Program-made: the position numbers and the translations under genes
Shown: piece after piece, positions 46,018-64,000 of the stretch
Numbering within the stretch: position 1 is the first letter of the stretch
Layout: the number at the start of each line of letters is the position of its first letter
Notes under the pieces: generated by a model
What the model was told of the DNA's origin: nothing
Databases searched by the model: none
What the model saw: only the letters and a program-made list of their open reading frames with translations
DNA from: the human T2T-CHM13v2.0 reference genome, Homo sapiens
Length of the DNA: 64,000 nucleotides
NCBI GenBank assembly: GCA_009914755.4
Contig: CP086569.2
Coordinates: forward strand, 16,224,001 to 16,288,000
Direction: 5' to 3'

Positions 46018-48006
46018 TAACTGGACTTTTTTTCTTCCACTGGCTTTCTTAAGATTTGAAGAACCTGACCAACTATCTCAAAACACTGAGGATCCTCAGA
46101 AAAATATTTGATTTTGTGTCTTCTTTGATTTGCCAGAAAGCTGCTTACAGTACTAATTTCATTTACTTTGAATCACTTTTCAGGTTGCTACTTCTAAGGA
46201 TCTATCACTACAAAATAAATGTATAAAACAGCTATTTAAATAGCTTATGATTAATAGCCAATGGAAGAAAAACATAAACTAGAAAATGATAACTCATTGA
46301 ATTTTCCTGATTCTCTACTAAGGTCTCCATATGATTAAACAATGTAAATTATCTTAACTAAACAAGCACAAGTATTATAAAACCCAATCTGATTAAGGCA
46401 TTTAACTCATTGCAGAGAAAGCCATACCAGAGGTTCTAAATAAAAGCAACCTGGTAATAGCCTACCATGCCAGGGTCAAACTTCTTCTCTGCTTCACTTC
46501 TCTGAACCTGTATCCTCACTTCCTATATAATGCAAATAAGACCATCCTGACTATGTCACACGGCCAACATAAAAGTGCAAATGATATAAAGACTGGGAAA
46601 GAGTTTCAGTTTTCAATTCCTTCACAAATAAGAGGTAATAGAAAAGTATGCTTCTTTTAAATAACACATGAAAATGGATTCATTTTGCCTTATTCAACAA
46701 TAAGGCAATAAGTTTCTGTTGATATTGTCTCTGTCAATAATCTCAAATATTAAAGTCTTGCTTTTACAGTCTACTCTCTAAGGAATCCTCTAGAAAGGAG
46801 AGAGTAAGACTTTCCCTGTATTCTTGTGTCTACTGTGCTACGGCGATGAAAGTTCCCACCATATAGAAGTGGTGCAGAAACCACCTCAGGAGAGCAGGTG
46901 TGGTGCAAGGTGCTCCTGACCTCACTGAAACCTGCCCATGACAATGGGCCCAGGTCCCCATGACCCAGGTGCTTGGGGCATACAAGAGACACCTGTCTTC
47001 CCGGACGGAGTGTATAATTCTGTTGGGGATGGGGAGATGCACTTATCCACAACATTTATGTGAAAACCCACATTTGTGTCTATACACCACAGGCTTTCTA
47101 CCTCATCTGCACAGAAGCTTTGCCAAAACACAACTCCAAAATCCTTGAATGGCTTCTTGTCTTTTGAAAAAGAATAACTATGGTTGTATACGGTAAAACA
47201 CCGACTATATAAAATTTACTTTTAATGATTTCTCAGGGTACAATTCTGTGGCATTCAGTACATTCACACTGTTGTACAGCCATCACCACCATCCATGTCC
47301 AGAACTTGTTCATCTCCTGAAGGTGAAACTCTGTCCCCATTAATCGCTAAAACCTCCATCCCCTCCCCCAGCCCCTGGCAATCACAATTCTCCTTTCTGT
47401 CTCTATGGATTTGACAACTCTAGGGACATCATACTGAGACAGGAGAATAAGGTCTGGAGGCAGATTCACACTGACTTCCCAGAACTCAATCAAAAGGAAA
47501 ACTTCAAGTTTCTATGCCCAAGTAACAAAAGGACCAGATCCTATTCCCTTTGCAAGCCTCTCCTACCTTCTCTGTGTGGCAGATGGAAAATTGAAAGTAA
47601 TTCTCACTGGTTGCTTTCTGCAACCATGTCCACTGCTGGCGCCAGAAGGCTGTGAGGCGTTGCTAGGACTAGAGGCAAGCTGGCAGTGCTCTGTATCCTG
47701 GCTGTTCACCTGCCAAGCACTGCCCTCACTGTTTGCTCATCCTGACTGCAGTGTGCAGAGTGTGTTGGCACCTAACACCCCTCAAAGCCTGTCTGTGCAG
47801 CTCCACACTGTGGTCCTATGCTGTGGGCACACCCCTCCCAGAGGGGAAGTGACTTGATTAAACCGAACGTGGTCATTTATCTACTCATTTCCTCTCCTTT
47901 GAGTTGAGAGGTCCTTGAGGTAAGGATTTCTCTTATTCATTATCCTATACTCCTAAAGACTTAGAAATCAGCAGCAGAACCACCACACATTTAAAAAATA
48001 GAAACT

Positions 48007-48300
48007 GGGCCAGGTGTTGTGGCTCATTTCTGTAACCATAGCACTTTGGGAGGCTGCAGCAGGAGGATCACTTGAACCCAGGAGTTTGAAATCAGCCTAG
48101 GGCCATGTCTCTACAGAAAAGAAAAAAAAAAAAAAGCTGGGCATGGTGGGCATACACTTGTAGTGTCAGCTACTCAGCAGGGTGAGGTGGGGGAATAACT
48201 TGAGCCCGGGAGGTCAAGGCTGCAGTAAGCCATGACTGACCACTACACTCCAGCCTTGGCAAGAGGGTAAGATCCTATGTCAAACAAACAAAGCAAAAAA
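48007..48300 (+). mobile_element. Alu SINE (plus strand, older/AluJ-like)
   Basis: gggccaggtgttgtggctcatttctgtaaccatagcactttgggaggctgcagcaggaggatcacttgaacccaggagtttgaaatcagcc…ccactacactccagccttggcaagagggtaagatcctatgtcaaacaaacaaagcaaaaaa. Confidence 0.85.
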
Positions 48301-50374
48301 CAGAAATTGTAATTATTTGAGAAACATCTCCACCTGCGCAGTGAGGTAATATCTAGGATGATCAGAAGCAAAGATCTGTATCTTATTTTCCTTAGTCTAG
48401 GATGTTTTCATTACAATTTGCTAAATAACAAGGCAATTAGCTGCCTATGAAAGCCACCATAGTCAGAAAAGAGGAATAATGTCCATATACATCATCGAAT
48501 AATGTGATATTTTAAAGGAAAAAGGGAGTAAGAATTTTAAAGACTCGTCATTTACATTTGACTGGCAAATGGGCTTCTTCCTCCCTACAATCACAAATTT
48601 TCCTGAACATGGGGCTAATTAGATTTGTTAAAAGCAACAGGAGTACAGCATAAGTTGAATGTGTTACCATAACTGTCTGCATACAATTTCCCTTTTCACT
48701 TGTTGTATGTGTCCGTTAATTATGCTATTATCCAAGAAGTACAATCTGCCTAAGTAAAAATCCCTGAGGTCCAGCTTTGCCAGCAGGGCCCCTCCAGTGC
48801 CTGAGAATCAGCTGAGTCTCCCAAATTGAAACCACTACCAGAAACGGAGAGGGGCAAGGCAGACTCCCCAAGAACTGGGGACTTATCCACATGACTTATA
48901 CAGGCCTTAAAGGGCTCAGCCTTGTGGCCTGTGTCAGAACACATCTTCTCCCCTTTGTACTCTGATGTTGTCTACCTCAACAGAAGGTCACCGCCACATC
49001 ATCTGGGGCAATAGAGCACCGTAGCTAAGAGCTATGGACTCTTCATTCCCCAACTGGGTTTGAGGCCAGCCTCCATAATCAGAGGCTGCAAGCTTTTGGG
49101 CAAGAAACTTGACCCCTGCAGCCCTCTCTGCCATTCTCTGTGCTAAGACTGGCTGCTTCTTAGAGGTGGCAGGAGGCTGACACATACCCCCATGAGTGAA
49201 AGCACTGAAAACATGACATGCAGCGAGTCCTCAATGCTTGTGAACCAACACGACCATAGTGGACACCAACAAGGACAAGGGGCATGAATACTCTTTGGGT
49301 GTATGTTTCCTGAACATGGCACAGAGAATGTGTTCTGGGGTTCCTAGGCACTGTCCATCTAATGAGACTCGAAGCCCCAACACCCTGGGTAGATCTAACT
49401 GGCATAGCCCCAGCACCAGGTGATAAATCTGGATGAGGGGAGGCCAGGAATGACAGGCAGGTGGAGACATAGTTTGTGACATGTACACAAATGGGTCCCT
49501 CTCCTGTGAGGCTCCTGCCACCTAGGTGTTATACTGCCCCTCAACACTGAGGCCCGCTGACCAGACTTAGAAAGTAATGGATTATCAAAGCAGCCTATAA
49601 ACCAAGGGCTATAATTCTTCTGCTGGCTTCCTTCCTGGCCTGGTAGCTGACGTTGGTGCTTTCTGGTTCCTAAAGGTAACAGCTGGCCCTGAAGCCACTG
49701 GCACAGGAGACGGAACAAGAGATGTGACTGTGTCAGTGTGGACATATGAAAATCTACAGGACTGTAAATGTGTGGACAGCACAATACCTCCATCACTAAG
49801 GAGGACAAACCAAAGCAGAACAGCTTGCTTGCTGAGGTCCTCTGGAAGCTATCCTTGACACAAGAATCATGTTAGCACTGCACAGACTAATGCAACTTGT
49901 AAGTGCTACCAGGCAGGAAGTGCTCTGAGTGCCTTCCCATCCCAAGGGATGTCCAGCATTTCAGGGATCCACAGTGACAATTCACTTAAGAGCCTAGGAA
50001 AAAGATGTCATCACTTTTGTTAGACCTACTTCCAAAAAAAAAAAAATTGACTAAAAATTTAATTAAAGCATTTGGGATTTCTGTCCCATTAATCTATAGG
50101 TACTTGCTTTGGATGTTGGTGAATTAGTCAGCGGCCTCATTCCATAAAGGTGCATGTAGGTGAGTGTAGTTTAGCATATCTCTGTGTACATGTGGGTCTA
50201 CACACAAATACAGTGGCATCATAAGAAAAGGGCTAAAACGATGTACCCTAAATAGTTAAACACTGAGTAATGGTTACCTCCAGGGAGTGGGAGTTAGAAG
50301 GCTTCCAATTTTAATGCTATGCATTTTTGTATTGTGTGAAGCAAGTGTAATTTGTGTAATTAAAAAAAAAAAAA

Positions 50375-50685
50375 GCCCAGTGTGGTGGCTCATGTCTGTA
50401 ATCCCAGCACTTTGGGAGGCTGAGGAAGGAGGATTGCTTGAGGTAGGAGTTTTGAGACCAGACTGGCAATATATCAAGACTCTGTCTCTACAAAAGAGAA
50501 AAAAAGAAAAAAATCTTAGCTGGGTGTGGTGGCATATACTTGCAGTTCTAGCCATGCCAGAGGCTGAGGTGAAAAGATTGCTTCAGCCCAGCAGTTAGAG
50601 GCTGCAGTGAACTATGATAGCACCACTGTACTGCAGTCTGGGAAACAGAATGAGACTCTATCTCCAGTGGGGAAAAAAAAAAAAG
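50375..50685 (+). mobile_element. Alu SINE (plus strand)
   Basis: agcccagtgtggtggctcatgtctgtaatcccagcactttgggaggctgaggaaggaggattgcttgagg…gctgggtgtggtggcatatacttgcagttctagccatgccagaggctgaggtg…ctgcagtctgggaaacagaatgagactctatctccagtggggaaaaaaaaaaaag. Confidence 0.9.
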
Positions 50686-51689
50686 CATATCATGATTGTG
50701 TTTTTTTCTTTTTTTTATCCTGAAGGGATATTCTCCCTACTTAAGATCATCCTTTCATTCCTCTAGTGACAAATTTCAAGAAATGAAAAATTATGTGTTT
50801 CATGAGACACATTGGAAAGGAAAATCTCCTTTACTGAATCCACCAATTCAAATGCTAATCTCCTCCAGAAAAACCCTCACACACACACTCCAAAGAATAT
50901 ACCATCTGGACACCTCATGGCCCAGTCAAGGGGGGTGCATGTCTTTTACCATCACCCTGGCCTTCCTCTGGCCCATCTCTTCTAGGCTGCAGGCATTGTG
51001 TGCCACAAACCCAGAGGATTCTCCCCAAGTGCAGGTTGCATTCTGACATGCCTCCTTTTAAAAATCCCAATAGTTGTCCCTATCCAGAAAGCAAACATAT
51101 GAGCTGGGGAATAAGAAGGTTAACTCATAAAGCCATAATTCCTCTCTGAAGCTTGTGAGCCATGAGAAGCTTGGCTTCATGCTGTATAGAAGCAAACTCA
51201 CTGGCAGACTGGAATCCCCCACATGTGCTGTTTTCCTTTTGAAATGGCTTCTCCAATCTGTATCTCTTTTGTTGTGGACTCCCAGAAGGTCACCCCCTAC
51301 CCCAGGAGCAGCCACTACTCCAAGAATATCTTGCTTTACTTAATTCTATATCCCTTTGGCAACTCTTTCCTGAATTTCTCATTTTGTTTGTAACAATATC
51401 CTCCCATGGGTTTTCACTTGGACACGGTAGATACGCCTAACCTCTCTCCCCAAATGGATGACACACTCCATTAGGAAAGAGATCTTTCTCCTGTGTGCCC
51501 CCAAGCACTTACTCAGCAATACATGCACAAGAATTCAGAGGAAAGAGAGGCAAGTTCTTAGCCGACTTCCAGAGGATGAGTGCCTTCCTGCCAGATGTTC
51601 CTAATGGAAAGGGTGGGGGTGTATCTGTAAACAGTCAGGAAGACAATGATGTAAGAAAATAAACCAAGAACAAAATTAAAAAGAAAAAA

Positions 51690-57095
<5,406 letters not shown>

Positions 57096-58108
57096 TAGAA
57101 TGATGGAAACCATAATTATCTAAGTAAGCTAGAGGAGGAAGGCTTACTTACAAGAGGAAGACACGGTTTTGATAGAAAAAGGACCAGAGCCCATGTCATG
57201 TGCATCATGTCCATGTCATGACTGGTGTGTGCTTTTCAACAAAGCTGAGCAGGGATGGAGAATGACCTTACTGACTCCTCAAGGTGGGATTCAGAGTGAG
57301 GACTGGATCCTCCTGGGTTCAGAAATGACACAAGTGCCTTCTAGGAGCCACTCACTGGACCAGGTGTGACCACACACAATCCAAGTTTGTCTTACAGCAA
57401 AGCCTCAGGTCATAGTATGCTTGTGCAACTGTAACAGAATATCTGGGACTGGAAAATTTGTAAAGAATCGAAATGTATTTCTCACACCTCTGGAGGCTGG
57501 GAAGTCCAATATCAAGGCAACTGTAGGTCTGTCTCTGCAGAGGGCTGCTCCCTGTTTCAAGATGGTACCTTGCAGCTGCAAGGAATTCATCTATCCCAAG
57601 AAATTCATTACTGAAAGGATTTGTTCAAGATACAATGGAGGAAATCATCACAGGCTATATTTTGAATAAGATTTTCTGTTATCCCAAGAGAAGAGTTTTT
57701 TTTAAGTAATGCGACTTACATTTCCAGTTGTAATATTGTTCTGTTTTAAAATACCTAGAACTCACAAGAAATGCACCACATGCATTTTTTACTCTAAGGT
57801 TTGCACAATTTAAAAGACTTTATTTTCTTAAAATAATTTCAGTCTTGGCTGACTGACAGTTTACAATGACCCATGAAGCCATGTAGGAAATGCCTACAGA
57901 ATAAACTGCTCAAAATGATTTCCCACTAAGGACATCATAGGCCTGCCCACCTTTTTATAGAGAGGGGCTTCCAGAAACCTGATTAGGCAGCAAATAGGCA
58001 GCTGATATGCGAGTGCTTCAGGGCTGTTCTGCCTCGTCTTTCAAGTCCATTAGGTCCACCTTGTCTTCTTAGCAGCTAGACTGACCAAGGCAAAAAGCCC
58101 TACTGTAC

Positions 58109-58490
58109 CTTGATCAGGCAGACTTGCCACTGCTTCATAATCAGAGCAAAGACATACTTCTATACCATGATCAAGGCAAGGACATACCTCTGCACCATAA
58201 TCAGGGTGTTGATTCCCTAGTCACTGGCCCAGGCAAACATGTCCCTGCAGCATAATCTTGCTGATGCCCTGGTGATTGGCCAAGAAAGACATACCCCACA
58301 GAATAATAAGGCTGATTCCCTTGTGTTTGACCAAGGGAGACACACCCTGACAGCATAATCAGGCTGATTTTCTGGTGATGGCCAAGGCAGACACCCCCAC
58401 AGCAGGATTAGTCTGATTCCCTGGTGACTGGCCCAGGAAGACACCCCCCAGAGCCTAATCACAGCAATCAGTCCTTGAAGCATGATCAGG
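58109..58490. repeat. Degenerate minisatellite-like tandem array (~8-9 units, period ~33-52 bp)
   Basis: The motif recurs: …catgatcaaggcaaggacatacctctgcaccataatcagggtgttgattccctagtcactggcccaggcaaacatgtccctgcagcataatcttgctgatgccctggtgattggccaagaaagacataccccacagaataataaggctgattcccttgtgtttgaccaagggagacacaccctgacagcataatcaggctgattttctggtgatggccaaggcagacacccccacagcaggattagtctgattccctggtgactggcccaggaagacaccccccagagcctaatcac…. Confidence 0.75.
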
Positions 58491-60608
58491 CGCTGTTTCT
58501 CCTGGTAATGTACCATTCACTCTTGCCATTTAACTTGCTAAATACCTGCTTGGCCTCAGCTGTCACTTTGAAAGCAGATGAAAAATAATGATGTTGAATT
58601 AAGCCCTCCCTACAGGCAGCTTTCTTTTCTAATGAGGTCAAGATGACTTCCACAAACCAACATATCCTACCACAAAATTCTTTCAGAAGGAAAAGAAATG
58701 AAATTAAAGGTTATATTATGATCTACAGCTTAAGAACAGGAACAAAGTAGTACTTAAGCAAAATGAACACCTAGAAGAAGGAAGATGATAGCAGCAAATT
58801 TTGCTGAATGTAGTCACCAGAGCAATGACACTACAATGTCACCTTCCCAGGGGAATTCAGGCTTGGTGCAGATAAAAAACGAGGTGGGAGGAGTGGAAAA
58901 TGAATGGAAACTAGGCCTCCCAGAATGTTCTTTTAGGATGGAAGTTCTATTTTATTTTTATTTTTGTGACTGGTGTAATATTGAGCAGAAACCCTAAGGA
59001 AGAACACATTTCTGGATCAAAATTAGGCACAGCCTATCTTTCTGCTGTACACATCACATCCAACATTGCCCTCCTCTAGTTTGCTTTCCCTTCAGGTTAA
59101 GTATTATTTCTAATCATTTTGTCTTATCCTGCCTAATTCATTTCAGAATATCAAAGCGGCACATCATCTGACCGCTGTTGCTGGCACATCATGTGAGCTA
59201 GCATCCCAGCATGATTTTAAATTTCTTTCCAGTATTACCTTGTGCATTTCTTTATACTCTTCAATTCTTCTGCATGTTCTGCTCTGTCAAAGCACAGCTA
59301 ATTGTGTACATGGCACTCAGATATGATCATTTTCAAAGACAGACTTTCAATATCGTTGATAAGTCCCTACTCACAACCATGCAGCTAGGAGAAATTAAAA
59401 TAAGTATACCTGCATGCACACACACACACACATGCACACATACAAATTGTATGCCAAAAAAAAAAACCAAACAATTTGTCAAGTCAAAAAGAATTAAATA
59501 GTTTCTTTAACCCTGTCACCTGAAATAGGTCAAAAAGTAGTTAAAAAAATAAGAGAGCCATCTAGACAAGTTCTGTAGGACTGAACTAATTTTAAAAAAG
59601 TAGCTCCTGGCTAGTTGTTCATCTTTGATGAGTTTCTATGATTGGCACCTCACTTAATCTGATACCTGCTCACTTAGAAAGCCAAATGAAGACACTATGT
59701 TGATGAGATCATCAAGTAGATTCCATAAAACAAATTCACTACCACTCCACCCAAACTACCAGGCTAGCTAGATAAAACATCATTTTTTTAAGAATTGCAG
59801 TATAATATATTTCAAGTATATCTTCGCATGTAGAACAAAAAATATAGAAGACAAACCATATGAAAGGCTTGGGTAGATGAGCAAGAAATAAGACATATGC
59901 ACACCTCATACATCATGAGTGCTTTGTATGTTAAGTCAGAAGAAATGCTGGGTCACAGAATAACTTTATGGACAAACCTTAGCTACAGTAACAAAGAAAA
60001 AAAAACACTCATATGACTAAAATCAGAAATGCTAGGGCCCACGTTATAACCAATGCCACAAAAATAAATGGAGTATACCATTTGTTGGCATATCCTTTGA
60101 CAACAAATAGGATAACCTAAAAGAAATAAAAGAATTCCTACAAACAAACAACTTATCAAAACTGAATCATAAAGACAGAGAATCACTGAGGATTTTGAAA
60201 AGAGGGGAAAAATGAAGACACAGAAAATCTGAACAGACCTATAAGTAGTAAGGAGACTGAATCAATAATAAAAGAAAATATCCCCAGAAAGAAAAGCCCA
60301 GGACCAACTGGCATCACTGGAGAAGTCTACCAAACATGTAAAATACTGTATGAAAAACAAAATACAGATCAATATCCCTGATGAACACAGATTTAAAAAT
60401 CTAAATAAAATATTAGCTAACATTCCACAACAAATTAAAAGGATCATATACATGAACAAGTGAAGTTTATTCCTGGAATGCAAATACGTTAAACATATGA
60501 AACCACATTTACAGAATAAGAAACCAAAACATAAAGAAAAAAAAACCCTTAATTGATGAGAAAGAAAAAGCATTTGAAAAACTCCAGCACTCTTTCATGA
60601 TGAAAACA

Positions 60609-60733
60609 CTCAAATTGATGAGGCAGGAAAATCACTTAAACCCAGGAAGTGCAGCTTGTCGTGAGCCAAGATTGCGCCACTGCACTCCAGACTGGGTGAC
60701 AGAGCAAGACTCCATCTCAAAAAAAAAAAAAAG
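60609..60733 (+). mobile_element. Alu 3' fragment (right-arm tail) with a poly-A
   Basis: gatgaggcaggaaaatcacttaaacccaggaagtgcagcttgtcgtgagccaagattgcgccactgcactccagactgggtgacagagcaagactccatctcaaaaaaaaaaaaag. Confidence 0.85.
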
Positions 60734-62552
60734 TTACCTCAACATATTGAAGGCCTTATATGAGAAGTTCACAGCTAATATAATTCTCAGCAAACACTGA
60801 CGCTTTCTTTCTAAGTTCAGGAATAAGACAAGGACACCCATCTGAACCAGGCAATTAGGCAAGATAACACAATAAAAGGCATCCAAACTGGAAAGGAAGA
60901 AACAAAATTATATTTGCATACTTGCTCACAGATTACATGATCTTATATATAGAAAACACTAAAATTCAGCACATTAAAAAAAGAAAGGTGTTAGAACCAA
61001 TAAACCAATTCAGCAAAGTTGTAGAATACAAATCAAACAAAAATCAGTTGCATTTTAATCTACTAGCAATGAATAACTTGAAGAGAAAATTAAAAACAAT
61101 CCCATTTATAATAGTATACAAAGAACAAAATACCTAGAAATAAGAGAGGTGAAAGACCTGCTTACTGAAACTACAAAACACTACTGAAAGAAAGACAAAT
61201 GAATTGAAAGATTATGCTCATGGGTGGGAAGGCTTAATATTGTTAAGATATTCATAGCATCCAAAGCAATCCTACAGATTCAATGCCATCACTATCAAAA
61301 TCCCAATGGCATTTTGAGCAAAAATAGGAAAAACATCCTAAAATACATATGAAATTTCAAGGGATCCCAAATAGCCAGAACAATCTTGAAAAAGGACAAA
61401 ATTGTGGGTCTCACATGTCAGGATTTCCAAATATATTACAAAGCAGCATTCATCAAAACAGTTCAGTACTGTCCTAAATACTAATAGAATAGAAGAGACA
61501 GCTCAGAAATAAATTGTCACACATTTGTCAACAAGCAGTCAAGACTATTCAATGGAGAAAAGATAAGTCTCTTCAACAAACAGTGCTTGGGAAAACTGGA
61601 TATCTACATGCAAAAGAATGAAACTGCACTCTAATTAACACCATATTCAAAAAATAACTCAAGGTGGATTAAAGTATTGAATGTAAGACCTAAAACTAAA
61701 ATGGCTAGAAGAAAATATAGGTTAAAGCTTCATGAAATTGGATTTGGCAATCGCTTCTTGGCTGTGACACCAAAAGCACAGGTAACAAAGGCAAAATTAC
61801 ACAAATAAGATGACGTGTCATATTCATCTAATCAAAAACTTATGCACACCAAAGATGACAACTAAGCAAAAAGTCAACCAGGAAGGGAGAAAATGATCAT
61901 AAGTCATATGTCTGAAAAGTGCTTAATATCCAGAATACGTAGGAACTCCTACAACATAAGAACAAAAAAAAATTAAAAATAGGCAAAGGATGGGCACAGA
62001 CATTTCTCCAAAGATAATGCAGAAATGGCCAAAAAGAAAATGAAGATTCTCACCATCCCCAACCATCAGATATGCAAATCAAAATCATAATAAGAGATTA
62101 ACTCACACCCATTAGGATGAGTACTGTCAAAAAAATCTAGAAAATGACAAGTTTTGATGAGAATGTGTAAAAATTTGAACCCTTATAGATTGTTGGTGGG
62201 AATATGCAATGGTTTAACAACTATGGAAAACAATATGGTAATCATTCAAAAAATTAAAAATAAAATTGCCACCTCATCCAGCAATTCCACTTCTGGGTAT
62301 ATCCCAACAGAACAGAAAGCAGGAACTCAAAGAGATATTTGTGCACTCATATTTACATTAGCATTATTCACAAGAACAGCTAAGGAGTGGAAGCAAACCA
62401 AATGTCCCTCAACAGATGAACAAATAAACAAAATGTGGTCTAACATAGCATGAAATATTGTTCAGCCTTAAAAAGAAAGAAATTCTTATTGCGTGCTCTA
62501 ACATGGATGAAACTTGAAGGCATTATGCTAAGTGAAATGAGCCAATCAAATA

Positions 62553-62824
62553 TTTTTGAGATGAAGCCTTGCTCTGGTGCAATGGCACCAGCTGGGCTCA
62601 CTACAACCTCCATCTCCCAGGTTTAAGGGATTCTCCTGCCTCAGCCTCCAGTGTAGCTGGGATTACAGGTGCCCATCACCATGCCCGGCTAATTTTTGCA
62701 TTTTTAGTAGAGATGAGGTTTCACCATGTTGGCCAGGCTGGTCTGGAACTCCTGACCTCAGGTCAGCCACCTGCCTCAGCTTCCCAAAGTGTGGGATTAC
62801 AGGCATGAGCGACCACCCCCAGCC
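62553..62824 (-). mobile_element. Alu SINE (minus strand) inserted near the 3' end of the L1M
   Basis: tttttgagatgaagccttgctctggtgcaatggcaccagctgggctcactacaacctccatctcccaggtttaagggattctcctgcc…gtgggattacaggcatgagcgaccacccccagcc. Confidence 0.9.
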
Positions 62825-64000
62825 AAAAGAAAAATACTATATAATTCTTATTTGAGGTACTTAGAGTAGTAAAAAACTTAGAAATACAAAGTAGAATGAT
62901 GGTTGTCAGGAGCTGAGGGTAGGGGGAAATGGGGAGTTGTTCAATGAGCACAGAATTTCAGATTTGCAAGATGAAAAAGTTCTGGAAGTCCATTGTATAG
63001 CAATGTGAGCAGACCTAACACTACTGAACTGTACACTTAAAAATAGGTAAGATGGTAAATTTTAGTTTTTAGTTTTAAATTTTAAATTTTAGCATGTGTC
63101 TGTGTGTGTGTTTCCTACCACAATTAAATTTTTACATAGTAACTATATGGTTTGTGTTTCATCAAGACTTGATAGAGTAACTTCATGTGCAAATGGTGCA
63201 GAAAGACACTAGAGGCAGAGAATTGAGTATCATGGTTCTCATACCCATGCCTGAGATTCACAGACACTACCATTTGTAGCAGATGCAGACAGAGTGATTA
63301 TAAAGGGTGTGTGTTTGCATGTGTGTGCACGCTTCCCAAGAATAGTCAATCCACGTTCGGATGTATGTATAAATATAAATAACATAAATTTCAAAGGTAT
63401 ATATGCTTTATATTAATACAATTTTAAATCAAAGATTACTCACATAACTGCAATTTTTTTTCTCCCCTGGCAACAGGAATTCTTAAGACAGAGTATTCAT
63501 CCTGTTATCACAGAAGAATCTTCAAATAGTCTATTTTCTATCTGTAATCTAGACCATTCTTGAATAAGAGGCAATTGGAAAGCCCATTCTGATTGATGTC
63601 AGTTAACAAGCCTGAAGTGAACAATATTGTCTTTCCTTTCAGAATAAAACAGGATACAAATAAAGCAATGGCTGAAGGGGACACAAACACACAGGGTAAA
63701 AATGAATTGGGCTTTTTACTTTTTTTAAATTAAGTTTCTTTAGGGAGATTTAGCTGCTTATCAATTTGCTAAGTTTGAATAGTTGCTGAAATATTAATCC
63801 TATATCAGATTTTGAAAAGAAAAATGCTAAACCATCTATTAAGTTAAACTTTGAAGCCATTCTGTCATTAACATAACTTTATAGATACCAATATAAACAA
63901 TGCTCAAATGTTTTTGGAACTCAGAAATAACTGAAACTAATGCATATTATTTTAATAAGACTTTAAAGAGAAAATTGAATCACAGCATCAGCCAAACTCT

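Larger units (their letters stand above)
59940..63060 (+). mobile_element. Ancient L1 (L1M-type), plus strand, covering ORF2 to the 3' end. It is interrupted by an Alu fragment (60609-60733) and an Alu (62553-62824).
   Basis: The translation shows degenerate ORF2 motifs: …[16 protein letters not shown]…, …SLMNTDLKI…LANIPQQIKRIIYMNK…IPGMQIR*TYETTFTE*…[17 protein letters not shown]…, …LKALYEKFTANIILSKH…, …KLYLHTCSQITWSYI*KTLK…. After the Alu, the typical L1M 3' end follows: …gggaaatggggagttgttcaatgagcacagaatttcagatttgcaagatgaaaaagttctgg…aactgtacacttaaaaataggtaagatggtaaattttag. Confidence 0.75.

Noticed and set aside
58109-58490. Considered whether the tandem array could be a CRISPR-like repeat-spacer structure
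   Set aside because: The units are degenerate with drifting period, there are no unique spacers, and the context is eukaryotic and repeat-rich. It is a minisatellite.

Overview
This window reads as primate, most likely human or another catarrhine, nuclear DNA. It is AT-rich, gene-poor and full of interspersed repeats. I found no prokaryotic features: no CRISPR, no operons, no rRNA or tRNA. Most of the six-frame ORFs are read-through of repeats (L1 ORF1/ORF2 fragments, Alu, microsatellites).

Structure of the window:
- **L1 elements.** Three large L1PA-type LINE-1 copies: 1-4995 on the minus strand (3' part cut by the window edge), 19700-26849 on the minus strand (full-length, carrying a nested younger L1 3' fragment with a target-site duplication), and 51690-57095 on the plus strand (5'-truncated). 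Three ancient L1M fragments sit at about 8050-9230 (-), 32390-33955 (+) and 59940-63060 (+).
- **Alus.** At least 16, including a four-unit cluster at 36996-37895 and a near-consensus AluY nested inside an older Alu at 45412-46017.
- **LTRs.** A THE1/MST-type MaLR solo LTR at 14561-14948, and two further MaLR-like LTR copies at 36220-36605 and 41150-41538.
- **Simple sequence.** A (TA)n/(TCTA)n compound STR at about 11817-12475, a degenerate ~50-bp minisatellite at 58109-58490, and a 57-bp tandem duplication at 40915-41028.
- **Best non-repeat signal.** A 201-nt exon-like open frame on the minus strand at 31188-31388, bounded by a GTAAGA donor and a candidate acceptor. Its translation is collinear with the HAD-hydrolase core of pseudouridine-5'-phosphatase (PUDP/HDHD1). 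Amino-acid identity to the human protein, as I recall it, is only about 85%, so it may be an orthologous exon from another primate or an unprocessed pseudogene/paralog copy.

I see no evidence for a novel multi-gene system in this window. All coordinates are read by eye, so element boundaries are approximate (tens of bp).
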